A stretch of DNA of 63,627 nt, the filler included, from Planctomycetota bacterium (GTDB lineage: Bacteria > Planctomycetota > Planctomycetia > JALXBF01), in assembly GCA_026991575.1 (NCBI GenBank). It is 5 parts of 4 records of this genome, joined end to end, with 100 filler letters (N's around TTAATTAATTAA, not from the genome) between each part and the next. Parts side by side here need not be neighbours in the genome. Positions count along the whole stretch, not along the records: positions 43,483 to 63,627 come from JALXBF010000006.1; 4 more parts are not named here. One strand, 5' to 3'. Positions 49,634-58,403 of this stretch are shown in pieces. The notes below the pieces were generated by a model that saw only the letters and a list, made by a program, of their open reading frames with translations, was not told the DNA's origin and searched no databases. The position numbers and the translations under genes are program-made. The stretch's first letter is position 1. Every line of letters starts with the position of its first letter.

Positions 49634-50419
49634 ATGGGATCAGACGCTGGCCGCACGCTCAAGGTGTCCCCCTACCGGCGGTTCATCGCGGACATGTTGC
49701 ACTTTGCGTGCAGGGTCCCGTCTGTCCCGGTGGAGCGGGTGATGAATTTGGCCGAGACCATGGCGGCCCGTCTGCGCGTGGGGCGTCAGCGTCCGACCTG
49801 GACGGCGCTGTTCGTGAAGGCCTATGGCATGACGGCGCGCGAGTTTGCAGAGCTGCGCCGTGCGTGGCTCACCTTCCCGTACACGCGCATCTACGAGCAC
49901 CCGTACACGATCTGCGCCGTTGCGGTGGAGCGGGAGTTTCAGGGCGAGCATGCCGTGCTGGCAGGACTGGTAAGAGCCCCCGAAAACCAGTCGTTGATGG
50001 CCATCACCCGGTACCTCCGGCGTCTAAAGGACGCTCCCCCCGAGTCCATCGGCTACTTCCGCCGCGTCGTCACCATGTCCGCACTGCCGCGCCCGCTCCG
50101 CCGCTTACTGTGGTGGTCGACGCTTAATTGCTCCGGGCACAAGCGGGCCAAGCGTCTGGGTACCTGTGGCGTGTCGAGCTATGGACAACTGGGCGCCGAA
50201 CAGCTACGACCGCTCTGTCCGCTGACCAGCCTGCTGACCTTCGGACCCGTGCAGGCTGACGGGCGGGTTCGGGTGCGCATCATCTACGACCACCGTGTCA
50301 CCGACGGTGCGCAGATCGGCCGGGCCCTCATCCGGCTGGAAGAGATCATGACGCAGGAAATCGTGGCCGAACTCAACGAGCTGGCCGCTGCCGAGCTGTC
50401 GGCCCGGCGGGCCGCTTGA
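49634..50419 (+). CDS. Stand-alone 2-oxoacid dehydrogenase acyltransferase catalytic-domain-like protein
   Basis: RRFIAD, TWTALFVKAY, GTCGVSS, YDHRVTDG. No lipoyl domain. SD GAGGAG. Confidence 0.8.
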   Translation: MGSDAGRTLKVSPYRRFIADMLHFACRVPSVPVERVMNLAETMAARLRVGRQRPTWTALFVKAYGMTAREFAELRRAWLTFPYTRIYEHPYTICAVAVEREFQGEHAVLAGLVRAPENQSLMAITRYLRRLKDAPPESIGYFRRVVTMSALPRPLRRLLWWSTLNCSGHKRAKRLGTCGVSSYGQLGAEQLRPLCPLTSLLTFGPVQADGRVRVRIIYDHRVTDGAQIGRALIRLEEIMTQEIVAELNELAAAELSARRAA

Positions 50420-50449
50420 GCATAGCGGTTCACCCACTCGTGCCCGCGC

Positions 50450-51583
50450 TCACCGCCACCGAAACCACTTCAGCGCCAGCGCAAAGCAGACCACGCCCCA
50501 GAGCATCAGATTCGCCATCTCGAACGGCTGCTCGCTGAGCGCCCTCCCCTCCAGCATCACCCCGCGAAGCGCATCGTTGAACGAGGTCAACGGTAGAAGC
50601 CGGATGAACGGGTGAGCCGCTTGGGGAAACCGCTCATAGGAGAAGAACACCCCCGACAGCAACCACATCGGTAGCGTGACCAGGTTGATCAGGCCGGAGA
50701 TGGCCTCCAGGGTGCGGGCTCGCGAAGCGGTCAGCAGACCGAGACCGCTGAAGGACCATGCGCCCAGCACCAACAGCACTGCCACCTGCCAGAGACTACC
50801 GTAAATGACCAGGTCGAACGCCCAGTACGCGAAAATCAGCAGCAACACCACTTCTGTTGCCGTGAAGAAGAAGCGGCTAAGCATCAGAGCCAGCAGGAAG
50901 TGGGACCGTCGCATGGGGGTCGCAAGAAAGCGTTTCAGCAGGTTGCGTACCCGGAGCTCCACGGCCACGTAGCCGATGCCCCACAGGCCGCCGGCCAGCA
51001 GGTTCATGCCGACCAGACCGGGGATGAGGAAGTCGATGTATCGACCGCCGGGTTGCGTCACCGCTTCTTCGCGGACGCCATGTGTTGCCTTCCGGCGGAT
51101 GCCGTGGCGCAAAGCCTCGGAGACGGCCAGCCGGGCCAGCACGCTGTCCTGGCGGGTTGGATCGTAGAGCAAACGGGCCGACGGCTCGCCCTGGCCAACC
51201 TCCCGCTCAGGCAGCAGCACCAGCTGGGTCTTACCCACCCGAAGCCTGCGTCGTGCTTCAGCCTCCGGCACCCGTTCCACTCGGAAGTGGAACCCGGCAA
51301 CACGGCCGCTACCTCCGCCGCCAGCTCCGAGCAGTCGTTGCACGAGCTGTTCGGCACCGGGCCGTTCCACCACATCGACCACCACGCGAACGACCGGTTC
51401 GTTGCGAAAGGCGATGCCCAATCCGACCGTCATCAGTAGCGGAAAAACGTACACCCAGAAGACCGCTTCCGGCTCGCGATAGAACTCGACGAGGCGGGTT
51501 ATGGTGAGTTGGTACAGGGGGTGTTCGCGCAGCTGCTGAAGCCAGCTTTGCCAGCCAGGCATCGCTTCCTGCTCCGTCGTCAC
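50450..51583 (-). CDS. ABC-2 type transporter permease
   Basis: REPEAVFW, RYIDFLIPG, LKRFLATPM, LSGVFF...LPLT. Confidence 0.9.
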   Translation of the reverse strand: MTTEQEAMPGWQSWLQQLREHPLYQLTITRLVEFYREPEAVFWVYVFPLLMTVGLGIAFRNEPVVRVVVDVVERPGAEQLVQRLLGAGGGGSGRVAGFHFRVERVPEAEARRRLRVGKTQLVLLPEREVGQGEPSARLLYDPTRQDSVLARLAVSEALRHGIRRKATHGVREEAVTQPGGRYIDFLIPGLVGMNLLAGGLWGIGYVAVELRVRNLLKRFLATPMRRSHFLLALMLSRFFFTATEVVLLLIFAYWAFDLVIYGSLWQVAVLLVLGAWSFSGLGLLTASRARTLEAISGLINLVTLPMWLLSGVFFSYERFPQAAHPFIRLLPLTSFNDALRGVMLEGRALSEQPFEMANLMLWGVVCFALALKWFRWR

Positions 51584-51638
51584 ACTGCTTGACCGTATCG
51601 GCCGCGTCCGCCCGCGGTGCGGCGCACCGCTGTGCCCG

Positions 51639-52595
51639 TTACGCGTCCGCTTCCACCAGCGTGCGTCCTGTTAGCGACAGGAAGACATCCTCCAGGCTCG
51701 CGTGCCGCGCGCGCAGCGTCTGGAGCTCAATGCCTCGCTGTCTCAAGTAGCAAAGCAACTCTTCCAACGCCTCCTGCGGCTCGGAGACGGTCAACTGGAC
51801 CATGTTCTGGAACCGGCGCACACGCCGCACGCTGGCCAGCTGCTCGAGGTCGTCGAGGTGGTCGGGCAGTGAATCGGCCGCAGCAATCTCAATCACGTGC
51901 TCGCCGCCCAGTTGCGCGATCAGCTCGCTCGGTGCCCCCTCGGCAATCACCCGACCCCGGTCGATGATCGCGATGCGATCACAGAGCCGCTCGGCCTCCT
52001 CCATGTAATGCGTGCTCAGCACGACAGTACGCCCCTGCCGCCGGAGCGACGCAATGATGCCCCACACCTGGCGGCGTGAGTGGGGGTCCAGTCCTGTGGT
52101 GGGCTCATCCAAGAAGACCAGCTCCGGATCGCCGACCAGTGCGCATGCAACGGCTAGACGTTGTTTCTGGCCACCAGAGAGATGCCGGACGTAGCTGTCG
52201 GCCTTTTCCTGCAGGCCGACCAGTGCAAGCAATTCCTCGGCAGACGGTCCGCAGCCGTAGAAGCTGCGGAACAGCCGCAGTGTCTCACGTGGCGTCAGCC
52301 GCTCCGACAGCCTGGTCTCCTGTAACGAGACACCGATACGCCTGCGTAGCCCACTATCGCCGTCCTCCCAGCTGCAGCCGAGCACGCGGACCGAACCTTC
52401 CGTCGGCTCAAGCAGTCCTTCCAGAATTTCCAGCGTCGTTGTCTTGCCGGCGCCGTTCGGTCCCAGCAGGCCAAAACAGATGCCCGCCGGCACGCGTAGG
52501 TCGATGCCGCGCACGGCCTGCACCGGTGGGTCACCCTCGTAGACCTTGACCAGTCCGGCGCATTCGATTGCGTACGATACTGTGGGCCGTGTCAT
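51639..52595 (-). CDS. ABC transporter ATP-binding protein
   Basis: GPNGAGKTT, LSGGQKQR, LDEPTTGLD, THYMEEAE. Confidence 0.94.
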   Translation of the reverse strand: MTRPTVSYAIECAGLVKVYEGDPPVQAVRGIDLRVPAGICFGLLGPNGAGKTTTLEILEGLLEPTEGSVRVLGCSWEDGDSGLRRRIGVSLQETRLSERLTPRETLRLFRSFYGCGPSAEELLALVGLQEKADSYVRHLSGGQKQRLAVACALVGDPELVFLDEPTTGLDPHSRRQVWGIIASLRRQGRTVVLSTHYMEEAERLCDRIAIIDRGRVIAEGAPSELIAQLGGEHVIEIAAADSLPDHLDDLEQLASVRRVRRFQNMVQLTVSEPQEALEELLCYLRQRGIELQTLRARHASLEDVFLSLTGRTLVEADA

Positions 52596-52694
52596 CAGTG
52601 AGCGTGAGCTCCGCGCCCGACGAAGCGTCAAAGCGTGCGCATGCGGTTCATTCTACGAGTGCGCAGCAGGTCCGACCGCGGCCGAGGGTGTGCA

Positions 52695-53570
52695 ATGCCA
52701 AGGGAACCCAGAGGCCGTTTCGCCGCGTGGCTGGCCGCTCTGGCCATGGTCCTAGGCTGCCAATCGAGGGAAGCGCCCATGCAACAGTCGGCCAACACGG
52801 GGGATGAACACCCCAGGCAGCAGCAGGAGCCGGCGGCTCGGGCCGACCAGAGCCTGGGTCGAACCGAAGCAGACAGGTACGCAACCCTACGCGAGCAGAT
52901 GGTAGCCCGGCAGATCGAGGCCAGAGGCATCCGCAACCCGCTTGTGTTGGCAGCCATGCGGCGGGTCCCCCGACACGAATTCGTCCCACCAGATTGGCGC
53001 GACAGCGCCTATGGCGATTGGGCCCTGCCAATCGGTGAAGGGCAAACGATTTCCCAACCCTACATCGTCGCGTTCATGACCGAAGCAATCGACCCGTCGC
53101 CTCAGGACCGCGTGCTCGACGTGGGCACCGGCAGCGGCTACCAGGCCGCAGTGCTGGCCGAGATCGTGCGTGAGGTCTATACGATCGAGATTAACCCGGT
53201 CCTCGCAGCACGTGCCCGCCAGACGCTGACCCGGCTGGGCTACAAGAACATCTACTTCCGGGTCGGAGATGGATGGCTTGGCTGGCCTGAGATGGCCCCC
53301 TTCGATGGCATCGTCGTTGCCGCGGCGGCCTCAGAAGTTCCCCCGGCTCTCATCGAACAGTTGGCTCCTAACGGACGGCTGGTCATGCCGGTCGGCGACG
53401 GTTTCCTGCAGCACCTAGTGCTGGTGATCAAGCACGCGGACGGTTCCGTCGAACGCAAGATCGCGCTGCCCGATGTCCGCTTTGTGCCGCTGATCAAGGG
53501 GCCCAAGAGTAAGCAGGCGACGTCGGACGGGGAGACCAGTGCCGGCCAGCAATCCGATGAGAATCAGTAG
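52695..53570 (+). CDS. pcm: Protein-L-isoaspartate O-methyltransferase
   Basis: VPRHEF, GQTISQPYIVA, VLDVGTGSGYQAA, GDGWLGW, PFDGI, QL..NGRLVMPVG, VRFVPL. Confidence 0.94.
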   Translation: MPREPRGRFAAWLAALAMVLGCQSREAPMQQSANTGDEHPRQQQEPAARADQSLGRTEADRYATLREQMVARQIEARGIRNPLVLAAMRRVPRHEFVPPDWRDSAYGDWALPIGEGQTISQPYIVAFMTEAIDPSPQDRVLDVGTGSGYQAAVLAEIVREVYTIEINPVLAARARQTLTRLGYKNIYFRVGDGWLGWPEMAPFDGIVVAAAASEVPPALIEQLAPNGRLVMPVGDGFLQHLVLVIKHADGSVERKIALPDVRFVPLIKGPKSKQATSDGETSAGQQSDENQ

Positions 53571-54985
53571 TCGAAACGCAAGCGGACGAGGCGGGCGAAG
53601 GTAACGAAGGCTGCCCACCGTTGCGCTGCGCTGATCCCGGGCCGCTCGACCATCTGCCAGATCGTCTCGAGCTCGCCGTCCCGCGGCGGCGCTAGCGACA
53701 ACACGCTGAGCGCAGCTAGGATCAGCGTATCGGTGTCCACGTCCCCGTCGGGATTTTCCTGCCAGAGTAGTTCAATGGCCCGAGCCCGGTCCATCAACTC
53801 AATCGGCTGCTCGTCTTCGTCGCCGTACACCACGCGGCCCATCTGCCTGGAAAGGTTCTGCATTCGCCAGACCGCATGGCCGAACGCCAGCAGCTCGGTG
53901 GAACCCTCCGTAAGCGTCTCGAAGGACGTCTTGGTGCTCGTCTCCGAAATGCGCCGCCCGATTGCCTCCAGGTCGATGTCGTTCAACACCAAGGCTTGCA
54001 GGCCCCGGAGCCGTTCGGGCAACTCCGCTAGCAGCGACTGGCCGCTGTCCAGGGCTCGCTCCAGACTGGGGTGCTCCCAGGACGGCGTCCGGCCTCGGGT
54101 GGGCAGATAGATGGCAGGGGTCTGGGGCCGAGATCCGAGTGAGGGCGGCGCGTACCAGCGGGCCAACGCCTCGTGCAGCCGCGGATACAGCACCGGAAAC
54201 CGGCCGAGCCCCTCCGGCAGATCGCGCTCCGGCGTCGATTCGGCACCGCCGGCCGCCAGGAACGACAGCATGGCTGAGACGGCAAACAGGAAGTCACCTC
54301 CCAGCACTCCGGTCCGAAGCAGGCTGCGCTGGGCAAGCAGCGGATCGGTGGCGTAAGTGGTCTGGTTTAGCACCTGGCGGCACAGGGCGCTGGCATGACG
54401 CAAGCGGGCTGTGACGTGGCCGGAAGCGATGATCATACGGTGAAGGGCAGATCGCAGCTCCTGAGCCATCTCCGTTTCGGCCATCCAGGCGCGCAGCAAT
54501 TCGTCCATCTGACCAAGTAGCAGCACACAGCGACTGAACGCAAACGCCAGCCAGTTCCAATCGGAATGTACCCCCTTGCGGTACGCGTGGCGGCAGGACA
54601 CAAGCACGGCGTAGCCGACCAGAGCGGAAACAGCCCCGCAGTAAACCGGCACCACCCAACGGCGCAGCAACCGGGCATACCACGGTGAGCGGCAGTAGGC
54701 AGTAAGCAGACGGCGAAAATCGGGCGGAACGGCCCGGAAGCGTGGGGGGAGCTCAAGTGCCCGTTCCGGATCCTTGCGCAACTGGCTGGCCAGCCGCCAG
54801 ATACCGACACCGCTGCTGTCGACGCGGCGCACAAAATGAAGGAATCTCTCCGTGTCGCTCGGCCCCCCGGCCGCCTGCACCAGTTTGGCCACGGCCTGGC
54901 GATACAGTCGGGTGGGCTTGAAGCAGACACGGGTCAGCGATCGGACGAAAGCTTCCGGCAATCCGACAGTCACTGTCCTGGTCAA
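53564..54985 (-). CDS. Hypothetical helical protein with 1-2 hydrophobic segments
   Basis: 473-aa ORF filling the gap, TTG start preceded by GGAG. No family recognised. Confidence 0.6.
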   Translation of the reverse strand: MTRTVTVGLPEAFVRSLTRVCFKPTRLYRQAVAKLVQAAGGPSDTERFLHFVRRVDSSGVGIWRLASQLRKDPERALELPPRFRAVPPDFRRLLTAYCRSPWYARLLRRWVVPVYCGAVSALVGYAVLVSCRHAYRKGVHSDWNWLAFAFSRCVLLLGQMDELLRAWMAETEMAQELRSALHRMIIASGHVTARLRHASALCRQVLNQTTYATDPLLAQRSLLRTGVLGGDFLFAVSAMLSFLAAGGAESTPERDLPEGLGRFPVLYPRLHEALARWYAPPSLGSRPQTPAIYLPTRGRTPSWEHPSLERALDSGQSLLAELPERLRGLQALVLNDIDLEAIGRRISETSTKTSFETLTEGSTELLAFGHAVWRMQNLSRQMGRVVYGDEDEQPIELMDRARAIELLWQENPDGDVDTDTLILAALSVLSLAPPRDGELETIWQMVERPGISAAQRWAAFVTFARLVRLRFDY

Positions 54986-55033
54986 CTCCGCGGTGGTCTA
55001 AACTGTGGCAACCCGTAGCGTTCGCTCGCACAC

Positions 55034-56302
55034 CTACTCGATCACACCCCCGGTGTAACGGCTCATCTCCCGCGCAATACGCTCAAACAGGGCCACGTCC
55101 ACGGTGAGTTGCTTGCTGGCGAGAACCTGCCCAAGCAGCTCGTAGAAAGCCGAATCCTCCGGGAACGGCTGGTGCATCACCTGGATCTGGCGGCTGTAGA
55201 ACACCACCGGCGTATAGGCCACCGCGATGCCCAGCGGCCCGGCAGAGACCCGCTTGACCTCGTGAACGTAGATGTCCGAAACCACGCGCAGCGGCAGCGG
55301 GCTGACCGCACCGTAGGCCTTGCCACGGAAGTAGAACACGGTCATCCGCTTGCCGGTCTTCGGATCAATGAAGAAGGCCAGGATGCCCGGCTCGGTGATG
55401 TACGCCTTGCCATCGTGGCCGACGGCAATCGGGTACACGTAGATCCGTAGGTTGCGTGCCAGTTCCGTCTGGCCAGACGGCCGGACCGGCTTCGGAGAGC
55501 GAGCCCGCCGCAGCGCCTCGCGGCGCGAGTCGGGGTAGATAATCGGCGGCCAGACGCTGATGCCGCCCAACCGAGTGGTACGGAACGCCTTGGTTGGACC
55601 GGTGAACTGCCATCGGCCATCAACCTGGGCTGCTTCGATGAAATAACCGGCAATGTAGCCGTTGATGTTGCTGCGGACCTGCTGGATGTTCTGAGGGAGC
55701 TGGCTCATCAGCTGATATGCCCGCCCCTCTTCGACCAGCTTTGAATGGAGCACGACATGTACTGCATCCTCGGGAACGACTTCTCCCTCAACCGCGGTTA
55801 CGGCCAACTCAGGAACCTGGGGTGCGGTGCCAAGCTCCAGGGTGCACGGATCGTCCGGCCGCTGTCGGCACACCTTGGGGCCAGCGGCGGGGCAGACCGG
55901 TACCCGTGTGTCCTTGCCCTTGGGAAGCTGCTCCCAGGCCGATTCGGCCATTTCCGAATACAGGATCGAACGTTCGCCGCAGCGCACAATGAGCCCTTCA
56001 ACATCACCCCGACGCACTGTGCGGAAGGCCAGGCCGAGCCGCCCGTCGGGCAGATAGCCGGTCTTTTCCGCCTGTCGGGCTTCGACGACCAGCATCAGCG
56101 TGCCGTAATACAAAGTCCCATCGGCCCGCCGTGCGATGAACGTGCGGCGCGAGGGGCTCACGAAGATCTGGCAGTCCCCCAGGCGGAGAACCGCGTTCGA
56201 CTCGGTTTGCTCGCCACTCTGTGGCGCCTGCTGGCCAAGCGCCGTCAGACTGCTGACCAGCGCAATCACCGTTGTGGCAAGCAGCGTCCGCATCACAGTC
56301 AT
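55034..56302 (-). CDS. Hypothetical secreted protein
   Basis: Signal peptide MTVMRTLLATTVIALVSSLTALG, SD AGGGAG, strong GC3 bias. Confidence 0.75.
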   Translation of the reverse strand: MTVMRTLLATTVIALVSSLTALGQQAPQSGEQTESNAVLRLGDCQIFVSPSRRTFIARRADGTLYYGTLMLVVEARQAEKTGYLPDGRLGLAFRTVRRGDVEGLIVRCGERSILYSEMAESAWEQLPKGKDTRVPVCPAAGPKVCRQRPDDPCTLELGTAPQVPELAVTAVEGEVVPEDAVHVVLHSKLVEEGRAYQLMSQLPQNIQQVRSNINGYIAGYFIEAAQVDGRWQFTGPTKAFRTTRLGGISVWPPIIYPDSRREALRRARSPKPVRPSGQTELARNLRIYVYPIAVGHDGKAYITEPGILAFFIDPKTGKRMTVFYFRGKAYGAVSPLPLRVVSDIYVHEVKRVSAGPLGIAVAYTPVVFYSRQIQVMHQPFPEDSAFYELLGQVLASKQLTVDVALFERIAREMSRYTGGVIE

Positions 56303-56416
56303 GGCCGTCTCTCCCTGAGTTGAACGCGTTCGCTCCAGTGGTGCGCTACGGCGGGTGTGTGCCAATCGTAAACGCCACGCTCGTACCGGGCAAGGGACCG
56401 GGGAACCGAAGCTGCC

Positions 56417-56446
56417 TTGACGGCAGGGGCCGCGTCCCGCTATAAG
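56417..56446 (+). promoter_or_regulatory. Sigma70-type promoter
   Basis: TTGACG-N18-TATAAG upstream of ATG 56513. Confidence 0.5.
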
Positions 56447-56512
56447 GGGCGTACCAAGCCGGAGATCCGCCAACCGGTTCCCAGCGAATGCGTTGCGCCG
56501 AGGCAGACCATC

Positions 56513-57307
56513 ATGGTCGCAGCCGATGATCCAGGGCGGCCCCTGGCACGCAAAATCGCAGCACGCGTCGCGTCGTTCGTGATCGGCACATCGATTCTGC
56601 TGCTCCTCGTCGCCGTGCTGTTTGCCTGGCTGGCCAGACGAGAACCGGAGTTCTACGCCCAGGCGACAATCCGCGACCCGGAGCGGCTGAACGCGCTGGC
56701 CGACTCGGTCATGCGCCGCTGGTCGCGGGCTGCCAACGCGATGCAGGCATCCTCCGAGCCGTTCTCGATCGAGCTGACAAGTGAGGAGATCAACGCGTGG
56801 CTACAACGTGATTTGATGGAGCGAGTTCGTAGCCTGGTGCCGGAGCTGAGCGAAGCGCCGCGGGTTCTGCTGGAAGGATCGCGGTTCCGCTTCGGCATTG
56901 CCACTGAGCTTGGCAGCGGCCGGACCGTCCTCAGCTTCGACGGCTCACTGTGGCTTGCCTCTGACGGCCGACTGGCGATACAGGTGGATCACGTGCATGC
57001 CGGGGCGGCTCCGTTGCCAACCCGGCTTGTCATCGAACAGCTCGTGCAAAAGTTACGGGAGGCCGATTACGACATCGAGCTGCGCAATCACGAAGGAGCC
57101 CTCGTCCTGCTGGCAAAGGTTACCGACGAGAATGACCGCTCTTTCGAACTGCTGGATGTGCGGATCGAAGACGGTAAGCTGTTGATCGCAGGCCGTCGGT
57201 CGGGCCGACGTCGCCAGGCCGTTCAGTCGCCTCCTTCTGAACCGGACCGGGCGAAGCTGGCCGACAGGCTGAACTCCCAGACATCGCCGTCTACTCTCCT
57301 CAAGTAA
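56513..57307 (+). CDS. Membrane-anchored hypothetical protein (TULIP/DUF2140-like)
   Basis: One N-terminal TM, PEFY, LTSEEINAWL, AGAAPLP. Confidence 0.7.
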   Translation: MVAADDPGRPLARKIAARVASFVIGTSILLLLVAVLFAWLARREPEFYAQATIRDPERLNALADSVMRRWSRAANAMQASSEPFSIELTSEEINAWLQRDLMERVRSLVPELSEAPRVLLEGSRFRFGIATELGSGRTVLSFDGSLWLASDGRLAIQVDHVHAGAAPLPTRLVIEQLVQKLREADYDIELRNHEGALVLLAKVTDENDRSFELLDVRIEDGKLLIAGRRSGRRRQAVQSPPSEPDRAKLADRLNSQTSPSTLLK

Positions 57308-57597
57308 GCGGTGCCGCGGATCCGATCGCCCTCCAGCTCGACCACGACTGATTCCGTGCCGATTGTGCCGTGGTAATGGCCACGATCCCACCGGATCACA
57401 TGGCCCCGGTTACCGCTGATCGGTCCTTCGTAATCCAGGTACATGGTGCGATGGTCCGGCAACTGCCGGGCACGAATCGGACCGGGCTGATCCGGCGTCT
57501 GCTCCAGAGCCCAGGTCTTCAGGGCATCGGCCGACTCGAGCATGAAGTCCCAGTGGACACCGTTCCAGTGATGTTCCAATACGACAAAACGTGGCAT
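57223..57597 (-). CDS. Stand-alone LigD N-terminal (phosphoesterase-like) domain protein
   Basis: RFVVLEH, HWDFMLE, LKTWAL, DHRTMYLDYEG, VIRWDRG. Confidence 0.85.
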   Translation of the reverse strand: MPRFVVLEHHWNGVHWDFMLESADALKTWALEQTPDQPGPIRARQLPDHRTMYLDYEGPISGNRGHVIRWDRGHYHGTIGTESVVVELEGDRIRGTAYLRRVDGDVWEFSLSASFARSGSEGGD

Positions 57598-57756
57598 CGC
57601 TTTCCGTCTGTCGAGGGGCCAACCTGCAGCGGACGTCTTCCGGAAGAACGCCTGCCTCGTTCTCTGCAGGCCCTGCAGGAATATTCTCACGATTCTGCCG
57701 TGCCGCGCCGCCCGCAAGCAGCCTGACGCCCACTCCGACCTTAGAGCCCCCTTGCA

Positions 57757-58188
57757 TCACACGCCCCTAACCACGCCGCGGCACCCCCGATCCCCTCTTT
57801 TCGGGCCCAACAAGCCGATCATCCCTTTGGTATCGAAGACCAAGACTGTCGGCTGGCCTCCCACCTATCCCTCCGACAACAACACATCCACTGCTCCCTC
57901 TGAAGGGTCAAGGCCTGAGCGGCGTAGCAACGATCCCACGTGGCGGTCGCCCATCCCGACCATCGCCGCCAACTCCGTGAGTTTTCGCTGGGAGATCTCC
58001 TCCCGTCGGAATGCCTCCAGCGCAGGCGCAAGAAAGTACGTGCGAAGCTCGTCTCCGGCCAGTTCGTCTTCTTGGCCACGAAGTCCCAGCAGCCCCGCAA
58101 GCGCTTTTCCTGTGCCCTGTTCGTCGAGGTGCTTCAGGCCCTGAAACTCGTAGGCGCCGATAGGTGCGAGGTTCTTCAGTCGATGAAG
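57757..58188 (-). pseudogene. Remnant of an XRE-ImmA/IrrE gene (C-terminus) plus first codons of a PIN-like partner
   Basis: LHRLKNL...EFQGLKHLDEQG.GKALAGLLGL...ALEAFRREEISQRKLTEL with no N-terminus or HExxH. GTG directly after the stop reads VGGQPTVLVFDT, then degenerates. Confidence 0.65.
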
Positions 58189-58403
58189 CGTCAGAGTTGG
58201 GACGCGACGCTGATTGGCAGCGACGGACCAGTCGTTGCTCCAAGCCCATATCCTCACACGTAGCCGGCTTGCCTGCCCCCCTCCCTAGCGGGCGGGCCGG
58301 TAGAGGTTGGGCTGCTAGGGTGTCAGTCTTTCGTGACCCGCGTGGTGCCCGCCCCACTGGGGGACGTATACGGCTCACGCCGCAGGCTCGGCATCCTGCC
58401 AGC

